The notes: generated from the sequence alone by a model not told the origin. Counted from the first letter of the stretch, positions 28,010 to 38,220 are shown. The stretch: DNA of 64,000 bases from Candidatus Fermentithermobacillaceae bacterium DTU015 (GCA_001513185.1 LFST01000051.1:374-64373), one strand, 5' to 3'. Translations and numbers: made by a program.

Positions 28010-28594
28010 ATGATATCGCTGCTAAACGGGAAGTTGGTTTCAAAAGGCAAAGACTCCATCACCGTCCTGGTGGGCGGTGTGGGGCTTGAGGTAACTGTAC
28101 CATCAGGTGTGCTGACCGCTTTTGAGACAGGCCAGGAGATCCAGCTATATACCAGGCTCATCGTGAGAGACGACAGCCTGCAACTGTACGGATTCAAGAA
28201 CCTTGAGGAACGGGCGCTGTTTGATATGCTCATGACAGTACAAGGCATAGGGCCCAGGATCGCAGTTGGCATATTATCGTCCCTGCCCGTCATGGAGTTT
28301 TACAAGGCGGTGCTTTCTCAGGACGAAAAAACCTTGACCAAGCTGCCTGGAATAGGGAAGAAAACCGCAGGCCGGATAATCGTTGAACTAAGAGACAAGA
28401 TTGGGCTTCCAAAACACAGGCACACCACCGACACACGAGCGGATATGATGAGTGAAGCAACTGAAGCACTCATGGCCTTGGGGTATTCAAGGCAAGAAGC
28501 GCACGATGCCTTATCCCGCGCGATCAGGAGTTTTGACGGGTCGGATTTGGAAGCACTACTTCGGGAGGCTTTGAAATATCTTGCCAGATTCTGA
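28010..28594 (+). CDS. ruvA: Holliday junction branch migration complex subunit RuvA
   Basis: [10 protein letters not shown]..., HhH motifs [17 protein letters not shown] and [17 protein letters not shown]-terminal domain III. Confidence 0.95.
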   Translation: MISLLNGKLVSKGKDSITVLVGGVGLEVTVPSGVLTAFETGQEIQLYTRLIVRDDSLQLYGFKNLEERALFDMLMTVQGIGPRIAVGILSSLPVMEFYKAVLSQDEKTLTKLPGIGKKTAGRIIVELRDKIGLPKHRHTTDTRADMMSEATEALMALGYSRQEAHDALSRAIRSFDGSDLEALLREALKYLARF

Positions 28595-29615
28595 TTCCAG
28601 AGCACTGATTTCCAATAAAGCATTACCGGAAGACGAACTCACCGAGGTTTCGCTAAGGCCCCTTACCCTGGACGACTATATCGGGCAGGAAAGGGTAAAG
28701 CGTAACCTGAAAGTGTATATTGAAGCCGCGAAACAGCGGCAGGAAGCCATAGACCACATTTTGCTTTCGGGGCCCCCGGGGCTGGGCAAAACCACTTTGG
28801 CCCACGTGATTGCCAACGAGTTAAGCGTGGGCATCCGGATTACATCAGGCCCTGCCATCGAACGTTCAGGGGACCTGGTAGCCATCCTCACCAACCTTGA
28901 AGATCGGGACGTGCTGTTCATCGACGAAATCCACAGGCTTAACCATCAGGCTGAGGAAGCCTTGTATCCTGCCATGGAGGATTTCACCTTCGACTGGATT
29001 GCAGGAAAGGGGCCTGCCGCAAGGACCTACCGGCTTAAGCTGCCCCGGTTCACCTTGGTAGCGGCTACCACCAGGAGCGGGCTGCTCACTTCGCCCCTGC
29101 GTGACCGGTTCGGCATCTCGTTCCGTTTGGACTATTACACAGTGGACGAGCTGTTTCTGGTGGTGAAGCGGTCTGCCAAGATCTTGGGGATAGAAATCGC
29201 CGATGAGGGAGCCATGGAGATTGCCAGGCGGGCCCGGGGTACGCCGAGGATAGCCAACCGGTTGCTACGGAGAGTAAGGGACTACGCGCAAGTAAAAGGG
29301 GACGGTATCATTACCCGGGAAATAGCTTATGAATCCCTGGCAGCCATGGGTATAGACCCCCAGGGTTTGGATGCCCTGGATAGAATGATTCTTTCAGCTA
29401 TAATAAATAACTATGACGGAGGTCCTGTAGGGTTATCCACCTTGGCTGCGAGCATTAGTGAAGACCCTGGGACTATCGAAGACGTTTATGAACCGTACCT
29501 TATGCAAATGGGGTTCTTGGAGCGGACACCCAGAGGGCGTGTGGCGACACAAAAAGCCTTTGAATACATCCTGGGCAGCGCTTACAGAAGAAAGGGGCTT
29601 TTTGATAATCCTTGA
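28581..29615 (+). CDS. ruvB: Holliday junction DNA helicase RuvB
   Basis: [16 protein letters not shown], Walker [10 protein letters not shown], Walker [10 protein letters not shown], sensor [16 protein letters not shown]. Confidence 0.97.
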   Translation: MPDSDSRALISNKALPEDELTEVSLRPLTLDDYIGQERVKRNLKVYIEAAKQRQEAIDHILLSGPPGLGKTTLAHVIANELSVGIRITSGPAIERSGDLVAILTNLEDRDVLFIDEIHRLNHQAEEALYPAMEDFTFDWIAGKGPAARTYRLKLPRFTLVAATTRSGLLTSPLRDRFGISFRLDYYTVDELFLVVKRSAKILGIEIADEGAMEIARRARGTPRIANRLLRRVRDYAQVKGDGIITREIAYESLAAMGIDPQGLDALDRMILSAIINNYDGGPVGLSTLAASISEDPGTIEDVYEPYLMQMGFLERTPRGRVATQKAFEYILGSAYRRKGLFDNP

Positions 29616-30121
29616 GACTGCTTCTCCATTCTTGTTGCGGGCCGTGTACTACTTTCCCTCTTCACTTTTTCAGGGCGCAAGGGTTCTTGGTAGACGGGTT
29701 GTTCTTTAACCCCAATATCTACCCTGATGAAGAAGGGGAGAAGCGGTGGCTGACATATCAGCAGTGGGCAAATCAGGCCGGCCTTCGCACGCGGCGCATA
29801 GAAATGCCCTATGAGCAGTGGGTTAAGGCCGTCTCGAAACCAGGGCAATGCAGGCAGTGTTATTACGTGAGACTTGAGCGTACTGCCCAAATTGCCAAAG
29901 CAGAAGGGTATGACGGTTTCTCAACCACCTTGCTGGTAAGCCCCTACCAGGATCACCAGGGAATCCTGATTGCCATGGAAAGAGCTTCCCGGGAACACAA
30001 TATACCTTACGTATACCGGGATCTCAGGCCCGGATACCGGCGTTCCAGGCAGATGGCAAGGGGAAACCACATGTACATGCAGAAATACTGTGGCTGTGAA
30101 TTTAGTATGGGAGGTGAATGA
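29612..30121 (+). CDS. queH: epoxyqueuosine reductase QueH (DUF208)
   Basis: [47 protein letters not shown]. These are the conserved Cys pattern of QueH. The TTG start overlaps the ruvB stop (TTGA). Confidence 0.88.
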   Translation: MRLLLHSCCGPCTTFPLHFFRAQGFLVDGLFFNPNIYPDEEGEKRWLTYQQWANQAGLRTRRIEMPYEQWVKAVSKPGQCRQCYYVRLERTAQIAKAEGYDGFSTTLLVSPYQDHQGILIAMERASREHNIPYVYRDLRPGYRRSRQMARGNHMYMQKYCGCEFSMGGE

Positions 30122-30125
30122 GAAG

Positions 30126-30350
30126 GTGCCAGGCTCGTTCGATTTTGGCCGCATGCTGATAATAATAGGTGCAGTGCTGGTGGTGCTCGGAGTGCTGTTT
30201 TCCTTTGGTGGGAGATTTCTGGGCCTTGGGCGCTTACCAGGTGACATTATTATCAGGCGCGGAAATTTCACATTTTACTTTCCTTTGATGACATCAATCC
30301 TATTGAGCTTGGGCCTTACCATATTGCTATGGCTTTTGCGAAGACGTTAA
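30126..30350 (+). CDS. DUF2905 small membrane protein
   Basis: LGRLPGDIIIRRGNFTFYFPLMTSILLSLGLTILLWLLRR is the family signature. GTG at 30126 (or ATG at 30153) lies after the queH stop. The upstream part of the 126-aa ORF overlaps queH. Confidence 0.8.
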   Translation: MPGSFDFGRMLIIIGAVLVVLGVLFSFGGRFLGLGRLPGDIIIRRGNFTFYFPLMTSILLSLGLTILLWLLRRR

Positions 30351-31726
30351 GACAAGTGACGGTCATTTTGCTTGCAGCCGGCCTTGCACTATCAATGGGT
30401 TCCGGGGGCTTGTTGTCTACAGCCGCTGCAGGATCCAGAGACAATGAGCCCCATGTGCTGGTTGGACTGGCCAAGACCAAGTCTGTGAGTTTGGGATTTT
30501 CCCAAGACTACCGGCTGGCCGCAGGCCAAACCACTCATCAGATTCCGCCACAATCCAGCGTGAGATTGGAAAGCCGGCGGGGAAAGATCAGCGTAACCGT
30601 GTCGTCAGCTGCCTCGGTCACTTTTGAGGCCCAATTGGACTCACCGGTACTTATCTCACCTTCCTATGAATCATCCACTGCTTATTTCACAATCCGGGAC
30701 CAGGGTAACACCAGCACAGGGTTTCCTGGGCAGGAGTTTAGGGGCAGCGCCGTCATCTTTGAAGACCAAGGTACCCTGACTGTTGCCAACCTGGTGGGCT
30801 TAGAGGAGTACCTATGGTCGGTGGTGTCCAGCGAGATGCCGTGCAGCTGGCCAAAACAAGCGCTTAAAGCCCAAGCCGTGGTCTCCCGTACTTATGCAGT
30901 CTACACTGGGGCCATAACCGACACAGCCGACGCAACCAACATCGATGCCATAAGGATCTGGGCCAACGAGTCACACCAGGTGTACCGGGGAAAAACCAAC
31001 GAAGATCCCCGGGCAGTAGAAGCATGCATGGAAACCAAAGGCCAGATCCTCACGTACCAGGGCATGCCTGTGGCAGCGTATTTCCACGCAGACTCTGCAG
31101 GTATGACCGAAAGCGTCCGGTTTGTATGGGGAGGAGACATCCCGTACCTTGCCGCCGTAGAAGAAATACCCCATGAATCCCACCACAGCCAATGGGAAGT
31201 TGCGTTTGACCTTGAAATCTTAAATCAGAAGCTCAGCGGAGTATTGCCCGGCTCCCGTATTGACATGATCAGCGGTTGCCAGCCGGGGGATTCAGGCAGG
31301 TGGTTTTGTGTAGACATAAAGGCAGGCAATAGAACCGCCAATGTCAGGGCAACCCAGTTCCGGTACCTCCTTGAACTCAAAAGTACCTGGTTTTCCATAT
31401 TCAGAAAGGGTGGCGGCCGGGACACGATAGGGCAGCTTAATCCCGGGCATGAGATATATGTGGATAACGGCACAAGTGTGCAGCCTGTACCGCTCAAACA
31501 GTGTATAATGTTGAACTCAGGAGGTAAACGGAATACCCTAGGAGGAGCTTGGGTAATCGCCCCCGGCCAGCCCGGTCCGGCCACATTTGTGTTTCAGGGA
31601 CGGGGGTATGGACACGGTGTCGGGCTCTCTCAATGGGGAGCCAAAGCAATGGCCGAACGGGGTGACGATTACAAGCAGATCCTTACGCACTACTATCCAT
31701 TAACACACATTGAAGCATGGTGGTAA
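30329..31726 (+). CDS. SpoIID/LytB domain protein
   Basis: Signal peptide; EEYLWSVVSSEMPCSWPKQALKAQAVVSRTYAV; YFHADSAGMTES; GYGHGVGLSQWGAKAMAERG. Confidence 0.88.
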   Translation: MAFAKTLRQVTVILLAAGLALSMGSGGLLSTAAAGSRDNEPHVLVGLAKTKSVSLGFSQDYRLAAGQTTHQIPPQSSVRLESRRGKISVTVSSAASVTFEAQLDSPVLISPSYESSTAYFTIRDQGNTSTGFPGQEFRGSAVIFEDQGTLTVANLVGLEEYLWSVVSSEMPCSWPKQALKAQAVVSRTYAVYTGAITDTADATNIDAIRIWANESHQVYRGKTNEDPRAVEACMETKGQILTYQGMPVAAYFHADSAGMTESVRFVWGGDIPYLAAVEEIPHESHHSQWEVAFDLEILNQKLSGVLPGSRIDMISGCQPGDSGRWFCVDIKAGNRTANVRATQFRYLLELKSTWFSIFRKGGGRDTIGQLNPGHEIYVDNGTSVQPVPLKQCIMLNSGGKRNTLGGAWVIAPGQPGPATFVFQGRGYGHGVGLSQWGAKAMAERGDDYKQILTHYYPLTHIEAWW

Positions 31727-31727
31727 C

Positions 31728-32741
31728 ATGAAGACAGAAGAATTTGACTATCACCTGCCTGAGGAGCTCATTGCCCAGACTCCTGCAGAACGCAGGGACA
31801 GTTCAAGGCTGCTCATACTGGACAGAGCGCACAAGACGATTACCCATGGCCTGTTTTCAGATATCGTAAACTACATCCACCCTGGCGACGCTTTGGTGAT
31901 CAACAACACCAGGGTGATAAAGGCAAGGCTCTTGGGCCGCCGGCGCACCGGCGGGCGGGTTGAAGTGCTGTTGCTCAACCCAGTGGGACGAGATACCTGG
32001 GAATGCCTGGTGCGCCCGGGCAATAAGATGCCCCCCGGGGAGCAAGTGTTTGTAGGCGATATGGTGGGCCGGATAGAAGCCAAGACTTCTTACGGGGGCA
32101 GGCTCATCAAGTGGCAATACCAGGGCAGATGGGAAGATGTGTTGGAACGCTACGGAGAAATCCCTTTGCCGCCGTATATAAAGACGCCCCTTAAGGACCC
32201 GGAAAGGTATCAGACGGTGTATGCCGAGGTACCAGGATCAGCAGCAGCACCCACTGCAGGCCTCCATTTTACTCCTAGCCTCCTGGAAACCCTCAAATCC
32301 AAAGGGGTTGAAATAGTCCCGGTGACCCTCAATGTGGGCCTTGGGACCTTTAGGCCTGTTAAGGCAAAGTACGTTGAGGAACATAAGATGCACAGCGAGC
32401 ATTACGAAGTAAGCGAAGAGGCAGCGGAAACCATAAATAGGTGCCGGGAATCAGGCCACAGGGTATTTGCAGTGGGGACCACAGTGGTGAGGGTGCTGGA
32501 AACAGTTGGCAAGGGCGGCAAAATCGTGGCGGGCAAAGGCAGTACCGACCTGTTCATATACCCAGGCTATCAGTTCAAGGCAGTAGACTGCTTGATAACC
32601 AATTTCCACCTGCCAAAATCTACGTTGCTCATGCTGGTATCAGCGTTTGCAGGCAAACAATTTGTGATGGAAGCTTATCAAGAAGCCATCAAGCACCGGT
32701 ACAGATTCTTTTCTTTCGGTGATGCAATGCTTATCTTGTAG
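31728..32741 (+). CDS. queA: tRNA preQ1(34) S-adenosylmethionine ribosyltransferase-isomerase
   Basis: MKTEEFDYHLPEELIAQTPAERRDSSRLL, AAPTAGLHFT, FHLPKSTLLMLVSAF, YRFFSFGDAMLI. Confidence 0.96.
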   Translation: MKTEEFDYHLPEELIAQTPAERRDSSRLLILDRAHKTITHGLFSDIVNYIHPGDALVINNTRVIKARLLGRRRTGGRVEVLLLNPVGRDTWECLVRPGNKMPPGEQVFVGDMVGRIEAKTSYGGRLIKWQYQGRWEDVLERYGEIPLPPYIKTPLKDPERYQTVYAEVPGSAAAPTAGLHFTPSLLETLKSKGVEIVPVTLNVGLGTFRPVKAKYVEEHKMHSEHYEVSEEAAETINRCRESGHRVFAVGTTVVRVLETVGKGGKIVAGKGSTDLFIYPGYQFKAVDCLITNFHLPKSTLLMLVSAFAGKQFVMEAYQEAIKHRYRFFSFGDAMLIL

Positions 32742-32761
32742 GGCTAGAAAGAGGGTTTAGT

Positions 32762-33868
32762 GTGTCGCAACTGGAGTTCAGGATACTTCACCGGTCTGGA
32801 AACGCAAGGGTTGGCAAGCTTAAGACCGCCCACGGAGAGATAAGCACGCCTGTGTTTATGCCTGTAGGCACCCAGGCAACCGTGAAAGCCCTGTTGCCTG
32901 AAGATGTATGGGACACGGGCTCCCAGATCATCTTGTGCAATGCTTACCACCTGTTTCTGAGGCCGGGGCCTGACATAGTAAAAGCAGCCGGCGGGCTTCA
33001 CCAGTTCATGAACTGGCCTGGAGCGATTTTGACCGACAGCGGGGGTTTCCAAATAATGAGCCTCGCCCACCTGGTATCCATCACAGACCAAGAGGCCGTG
33101 TTCAGATCCCACATCGACGGAAGTCTGGTGAGGTTCAGCCCCGAGGACTCTATCCGGGTTCAGGCTGCGCTTGGCGCCGATATAATCATGTGCCTGGACC
33201 ACCTCACCGGCTGGCCTGTGTCCCGGGGCGACGCCAGGGAAGCCATGGAGAGGACACTCTTGTGGGCCCGCCGGGCTAAGAAGGTTGAAATAGGAACTCA
33301 CCAGTCCCTGTTCGGGATCGTCCAGGGTTCGGTTTACCCGGAACTCAGGAGACATTGTGCCTTGGAGCTCGGAGCAATGGACTTCCCTGGCTACGCTGTA
33401 GGAGGGCTATCGGTAGGCGAGAGCAAGCAGCAATTTTACGATATTCTTCACTATACGTGCGAGTTTCTCCCTGCCTCAAAACCCAGGTATCTCATGGGGG
33501 TCGGGCACCCTGTAGACCTGATTGAAGGGGTTATGGCCGGCATCGACATGTTCGACTGCGTGCTGCCTACTCGAAACGCCAGGCACGGTAGGGCGTTTAC
33601 CTTTGCCGGCCCGCTCAATCTCAAGAATTCCAAATTTGCCACAGATTTTGCCCCCATTGAGGAAGGGTGCGATTGCAGGACATGTAACAGCTTTTCCAGG
33701 GCATATGTCAGGCATTTGTTCTCTGCCAAAGAGAGCCTGGCGTGGACCCTAGTATCGATTCACAACATCCGGTTTTTCCATAGGCTGATGGAACGGACAA
33801 GGCAAGCCGTAGTCGACGGCTCACTAGCAAACCTGCGGCAGCAAATACAGATGCTGTATCCTATCTGA
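32762..33868 (+). CDS. tgt: queuine tRNA-ribosyltransferase
   Basis: ARVGKLKTAHGEISTPVFMPVGT, ILTDSGGFQ, GYAVGGLSVGE, zinc motif CDCRTCNSFSRAYVRHL. Confidence 0.97.
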   Translation: MSQLEFRILHRSGNARVGKLKTAHGEISTPVFMPVGTQATVKALLPEDVWDTGSQIILCNAYHLFLRPGPDIVKAAGGLHQFMNWPGAILTDSGGFQIMSLAHLVSITDQEAVFRSHIDGSLVRFSPEDSIRVQAALGADIIMCLDHLTGWPVSRGDAREAMERTLLWARRAKKVEIGTHQSLFGIVQGSVYPELRRHCALELGAMDFPGYAVGGLSVGESKQQFYDILHYTCEFLPASKPRYLMGVGHPVDLIEGVMAGIDMFDCVLPTRNARHGRAFTFAGPLNLKNSKFATDFAPIEEGCDCRTCNSFSRAYVRHLFSAKESLAWTLVSIHNIRFFHRLMERTRQAVVDGSLANLRQQIQMLYPI

Positions 33869-33962
33869 ACCGATAATGGCGGTCAAACAAGGTGTTCCAG
33901 GATGTCCGTCGAACAAAGAAGAAAGCCGGTCTCAAACGGTTGGAAAGGAGGGTTTAGACTTG

Positions 33963-34253
33963 ATGTTGGTTTTGGCAGCAGAGGGAGGGGCTAACCCGCT
34001 GGTTGGCAACCTCATATGGATAGCTGTGATGTTTGCAATGCTGTACTTCCTGCTGATACGCCCACAACAGAAAGAACAGAGGGAACGGGCTGAAATGATA
34101 CGCTCCCTCAAACCAGGCGACAAGGTGCTTACCAACGGCGGATTGATAGGCGTCATAACCAAAGTTGATGATCTATCCATCAAGATCAGGGTAGCCGAAA
34201 GGGTAGAAGTTGAGGTAATCAAGACCGGAGTGGCAAGAAAGCTCAAAGACTAG
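33963..34253 (+). CDS. yajC: preprotein translocase subunit YajC
   Basis: MFAMLYFLLIRPQQKEQRERAEMIRSLKPGDKVLTNGGLIGVITKV. GGAGGG precedes the ATG at 33963. The upstream part of the listed ORF has no homology support. Confidence 0.9.
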   Translation: MLVLAAEGGANPLVGNLIWIAVMFAMLYFLLIRPQQKEQRERAEMIRSLKPGDKVLTNGGLIGVITKVDDLSIKIRVAERVEVEVIKTGVARKLKD

Positions 34254-34295
34254 GCAGCATGGAGACTCATCCAGCATTGGACTTAAGAGGTGATC

Positions 34296-34329
34296 CAATC
34301 CGGGCCTGCTGGCCCGGATTGCTTTTTTG
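34296..34329 (+). terminator. rho-independent terminator after yajC
   Basis: CAATCCGGGCC(34296)/GGCCCGGATTG(34311), 11 bp, with a 4-nt loop, followed by CTTTTTT. Confidence 0.85.
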
Positions 34330-34356
34330 GCGAGTGTGAAGGATTTCACAGTTGCG

Positions 34357-34385
34357 TTGGCGAATAGTTGAGTTTGGTATATAAT
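34357..34385 (+). promoter_or_regulatory. sigma-A type promoter of the GntR-kor-mcm unit
   Basis: TTGGCG (34357-34362), 17-nt spacer, TATAAT (34380-34385). Confidence 0.55.
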
Positions 34386-34459
34386 CAAAAAGGAACAAGA
34401 AAGAGATCCATTGAGCCGTATTGGCATTACCAAGCCACAACAATGCTGGAGGGGAGACC

Positions 34460-35485
34460 ATGGTTGATATTCCGTTTGAGATCGACCGGACAAGCGGACT
34501 CCCCATTTACCTCCAGATAAAGCAAAATATAGCCCACCTTATAGCATGCAACTACTGGAAGCCAGGCCAAAAACTCCCCACCGAAAGGCAAATGGCTGCC
34601 AAGCTTGGAGTGAGCCGCAACACTGTAAGCCTCGCTTACCGTCAGCTGGAAAACGAAGGGCTAATCACATCCAGGCAGGGGCGGGGAACTTTTGTTGCAG
34701 ACACTGCCGGCGCCCTTGGAGGGTCAAGGCGGGAGAGGGCTGAAAAAATCATAGATTCCGCCCTTGACAAGGTGCTATCCTTAGGGCTTAGCCCCGATGA
34801 CTTTCTTGCACTCACCCAACAGTGCGTTGAGCAAAAGTATCAGGCACTTAGGGAAGTCACCATTGCATTTCTTGAGTGCAACAGGGAACAGCTTGATTAC
34901 TTTGCCCGGGAGATCGAATTGGGCACGGGAGTGAAGGTAGTACCTGTGCTGCTTGACGATCTCGACAAATATCCGGAAATGTCTTCAGTTGTGGGCAAGG
35001 CGGATCTGATAGTCACCACCTTCTTCCACCTGGACGAAGTGTGCAACAAGTTTCCTGACAGGCAAGAGGAGATCCTGGGGATCGCCCTTGACCCGGTTAT
35101 CGAATCCGTGGTCAAGATAGCCAGATTGCCCCATGGCGCCAAAGTGCTGTTGGTGTGCATCTCTGAAGCTTTTGCAGAGCGGGTGCTCAAATCCATGGAC
35201 CTTGCCGGGATACGGGAACTCGAGGTGGAGGTGTACACCGGAAGGGACCCACAGCGCCTGAAGGAGCTCCTGGAGGATAAACAAGCCGTGATTGTGTCCC
35301 CTGGAAGGCTCAAGGAAGTAACTTCAATGGTAGGTGAAGGCATCCAGCTTATAGAGTTCATCTACAAACCTGACGCAGGTTCCGTTAACTTGCTCAGGTC
35401 CTCCGTACTGGAGCACAAAAAAAGCAATTCTAAGCAGGAGGCGATTGACCGTGGCCCAGACGCCGCAATGGGAGATATCGGTTAA
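34460..35485 (+). CDS. GntR-family transcriptional regulator with a long, unclassified C-terminal domain
   Basis: N-terminal wHTH PIYLQIKQNIAHLI..G.KLPTERQMAAKLGVSRNTVSLAYRQLENEGLITSRQGRGTFV. About 260 further residues resemble none of the FadR/HutC/MocR/YtrA effector types by eye. Confidence 0.85.
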   Translation: MVDIPFEIDRTSGLPIYLQIKQNIAHLIACNYWKPGQKLPTERQMAAKLGVSRNTVSLAYRQLENEGLITSRQGRGTFVADTAGALGGSRRERAEKIIDSALDKVLSLGLSPDDFLALTQQCVEQKYQALREVTIAFLECNREQLDYFAREIELGTGVKVVPVLLDDLDKYPEMSSVVGKADLIVTTFFHLDEVCNKFPDRQEEILGIALDPVIESVVKIARLPHGAKVLLVCISEAFAERVLKSMDLAGIRELEVEVYTGRDPQRLKELLEDKQAVIVSPGRLKEVTSMVGEGIQLIEFIYKPDAGSVNLLRSSVLEHKKSNSKQEAIDRGPDAAMGDIG

Positions 35486-35660
35486 CTCCAGATGGTGCAA
35501 AAGGTGCGGGTTGTGCGTAGAGTTCTGTCCCCGCAACGTATTGGAGATGGACGATACTCCCACCGTAAAAGACGCAGCCCTCTGTATCGGATGTCTACAG
35601 TGTGAGATGCACTGCCCCGACTTTGCAATCACCGTGAAAAGGAGGGAGAGCAATGACTAA
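35445..35660 (+). CDS. korD: 4Fe-4S ferredoxin-type delta subunit of 2-oxoacid:ferredoxin oxidoreductase (start uncertain)
   Basis: Two CxxCxxCxxxCP motifs (CKRCGLCVEFCP; CIGCLQCEMHCP). Immediately precedes the alpha subunit. Confidence 0.8.
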   Translation: MTVAQTPQWEISVNSRWCKRCGLCVEFCPRNVLEMDDTPTVKDAALCIGCLQCEMHCPDFAITVKRRESND

Positions 35661-36801
35661 GAAAGGCCCAAGGCTTCTTCAAGGTAACGAAGCAGTCGTA
35701 GAAGGAGCAATTGCAGCAGGGCTCAGGTTTTTCGCAGGCTACCCGATTACCCCCTCTACAGAAATAGCTGAACAGTGCGCAGCCAAGCTCCCTAAAGTAG
35801 GCGGCAAATTCATACAGATGGAAGACGAAATTGCCAGCATGGCAGCAATCTGTGGTGCTTCCCTGGCCGGCGTAAAATCCATGACTGCAACCAGCGGCCC
35901 AGGGTTCTCCCTTAAACAGGAAAACCTAGGTTTTGCAGTCAAGGGTGAAATCCCCTGCGTGGTGGTGAACGTTCAGAGAGTGGGGCCGTCCACAGGAATG
36001 CCCACGTCGCCGGCGCAAGGCGATGTAATGCAAGCCCGTTGGGGAGCCCATGGGGATCACGAAATCGTGGCCTTGTGCCCGTCATCAGTCAAAGAAGCTT
36101 TCACTCTCACGGTAGAAGCTTTCAACATCGCCGAAGAATACCGTACACCCGTGATCTTGCTTCTGGACGAAGTTGTAGGCCACTTGAGGGAAAAAGTGGA
36201 GTTACCCTCTAAGGAAGAGTTGGTAGTCAAGGATAGGGAAAAGCCCACTCTCCCGCCTGGGGAATATAAGCCATTTGCCATGGACCAGGGCAAGATTCCA
36301 GGAGTGCCTCCCCTTGCTGCTTACGGTGAAGGGTACAGGTTCCACGTTACCGGACTTACCCACGGCGAAGACGGTTTCCCCACAAACAATCCGGCCATTG
36401 CCGAAAAGCAGCTTAAGAGGCTTAATGAAAAGATAAGTGCCAACAGGGATGATCTGGTCAAGGTAGAGAAACTCCATCTGGACGATGCCGAGGTAGTGGT
36501 AGTTGCCTACGGCGCCACTGCACGTTCCGCCAGGAAGGCGGTAAACGATGCACGGGCCCAGGGTATCAAAGCAGGGATGCTTAGGCCGATTACCATCTGG
36601 CCCTTTGCCGAAAACGAGATGTTGGAAGTGAAAGCCAAGTCGCCCAAGGCGGTAATTGTGGCCGAGATGAACCTGGGGCAATTGGTGCTGCCCATCAAGA
36701 GGGTTATGGGAGACAGTGTCCCTGTAATCCAGGTCAACAAACTAGCAGGACAACTCATTGAACCCGAAGAGATTCTGTCTGCAATTAAGGAGGCGATCTA
36801 A
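35653..36801 (+). CDS. korA: 2-oxoglutarate/2-oxoacid:ferredoxin oxidoreductase alpha subunit
   Basis: LLQGNEAVVEGAIAAGLRFFAGYPITPSTEI...EDEIASM...TATSGPGFSL is typical of the family. Confidence 0.9.
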   Translation: MTKKGPRLLQGNEAVVEGAIAAGLRFFAGYPITPSTEIAEQCAAKLPKVGGKFIQMEDEIASMAAICGASLAGVKSMTATSGPGFSLKQENLGFAVKGEIPCVVVNVQRVGPSTGMPTSPAQGDVMQARWGAHGDHEIVALCPSSVKEAFTLTVEAFNIAEEYRTPVILLLDEVVGHLREKVELPSKEELVVKDREKPTLPPGEYKPFAMDQGKIPGVPPLAAYGEGYRFHVTGLTHGEDGFPTNNPAIAEKQLKRLNEKISANRDDLVKVEKLHLDDAEVVVVAYGATARSARKAVNDARAQGIKAGMLRPITIWPFAENEMLEVKAKSPKAVIVAEMNLGQLVLPIKRVMGDSVPVIQVNKLAGQLIEPEEILSAIKEAI

Positions 36802-36802
36802 G

Positions 36803-37627
36803 GTGGCACTTCCTGTTGAAAACTACCTCAGGGTGGCCAAAATGCCCCACATTTGGTGTCCGGGATGCGGCCACGGCATTGTGCTCCAAGCTATTGTCAG
36901 AGCCATCCACGAACTCGAACTTGACACCGAAAAAACCGTGATTGTGTCCGGGATTGGATGCTCAGCCAGGGCACCCGGTTACCTCCACTTTGACACTTTG
37001 CACACTACCCACGGCAGGGCAATAGCGTTTGCCACAGGGATTAAACTTGCCAAGCCGGAACTCAACGTAATCGTGATCACCGGAGACGGCGATGCTGCTG
37101 CTATCGGTGGCAACCACCTCATCCATGCAGCCAGAAGGAATCTTGACCTCACGGTAATCTGCTTTAACAACAACATCTACGGCATGACATCGGGGCAGTA
37201 TTCTCCGCTTACGCCTCAGGGAAGCTATGCTACCACTTCGCCTTACGGTATGCTGGAAAAACCCTTCGACCTGTGTGAACTGGTCATGGGCGCAGGCGGC
37301 ACTTTCGCAGCACGCAGCACCACATATCACGCACGGCAGCTTACCAACATCATCAAAGAAGCAATTTCACACAAGGGGTTTGCTTTTGTAGATGCACTGT
37401 CTCAGTGCCCAACCTACTTTGGCAGACGCAACAAGATGAGAAGCGCTTTAGAAATGATGAATTGGTTCAAAGATCGGGCAGTCCCGGTCAAGACCTGGGA
37501 GAAGATGAGTGCCGAAGAGCGGGAAGGTAAGTTCCCCATTGGAGTGCTGACCAAGACTCAGGCTCCTGAACTTACAGAGGTTTACAATCAGCTCATCGAA
37601 CAGTTACAGCAAAGAGGTGGGGAATAA
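36803..37627 (+). CDS. korB: 2-oxoacid:ferredoxin oxidoreductase beta (TPP-binding) subunit
   Basis: WCPGCGHG, SGIGCS, TGDGDAAAIGGNH, NNNIYGMTSGQ. AAGGAGG lies 9 nt before the GTG at 36803. Confidence 0.9.
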   Translation: MALPVENYLRVAKMPHIWCPGCGHGIVLQAIVRAIHELELDTEKTVIVSGIGCSARAPGYLHFDTLHTTHGRAIAFATGIKLAKPELNVIVITGDGDAAAIGGNHLIHAARRNLDLTVICFNNNIYGMTSGQYSPLTPQGSYATTSPYGMLEKPFDLCELVMGAGGTFAARSTTYHARQLTNIIKEAISHKGFAFVDALSQCPTYFGRRNKMRSALEMMNWFKDRAVPVKTWEKMSAEEREGKFPIGVLTKTQAPELTEVYNQLIEQLQQRGGE

Positions 37628-38169
37628 TGCGGTTGGAGCTTCGCCTGGCAGGAGAAGGCGGCCAAGGACTGATTACTGCAGGTATAATCTTGGCCGAAGC
37701 TTGTGCCGAATACACTGACCTGAACGTGGTACAAACCCAGTCATACGGTCCCGAGTCCAGAGGTGGCGCGTCCAGGGCCGACGTGATAATTTCATCCGGT
37801 GAGATTGACTATCCTCAGGTAAAGAATCCTGATGTGTTAGTGGTATTGGCTCAAGAAGCTTGTGACAAGTATGTTCCTACGGTCAAAGACGGGGGAACGG
37901 TGATTGTCGACACAACATATGTAAAATCGGTTCCGGAATCAGAAGCTAAGCGCCTTAGGATCATCGAGTTCCCTATTAGCGAGAAAGCTAGGGAGCTGGG
38001 GCGCGAAATCGTCGCCAACATAGTAGCTCTTGGGCTGTTGGTTGAAACCACCGGCATAGTGCCCAAAGATGCAGTGATCGCAGCAATATTGGACAGGGTC
38101 CCCAAAGGGACTGAAGAACTCAACAAGAAGGCATTTGCTGCAGGAGTAGAAGCTGCCAAGGCGTTATGA
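37627..38169 (+). CDS. korC: 2-oxoacid:ferredoxin oxidoreductase gamma subunit
   Basis: RLAGEGGQGLITAGIILAEA...QSYGPESRGGASRADVIIS is the gamma-subunit signature. Confidence 0.88.
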   Translation: MRLELRLAGEGGQGLITAGIILAEACAEYTDLNVVQTQSYGPESRGGASRADVIISSGEIDYPQVKNPDVLVVLAQEACDKYVPTVKDGGTVIVDTTYVKSVPESEAKRLRIIEFPISEKARELGREIVANIVALGLLVETTGIVPKDAVIAAILDRVPKGTEELNKKAFAAGVEAAKAL

Positions 38170-38220
38170 GCCCCGGCGTTTCTCGTCGGAAACAACCAGG
38201 TGATAGGGGGGTTTGGGAAG

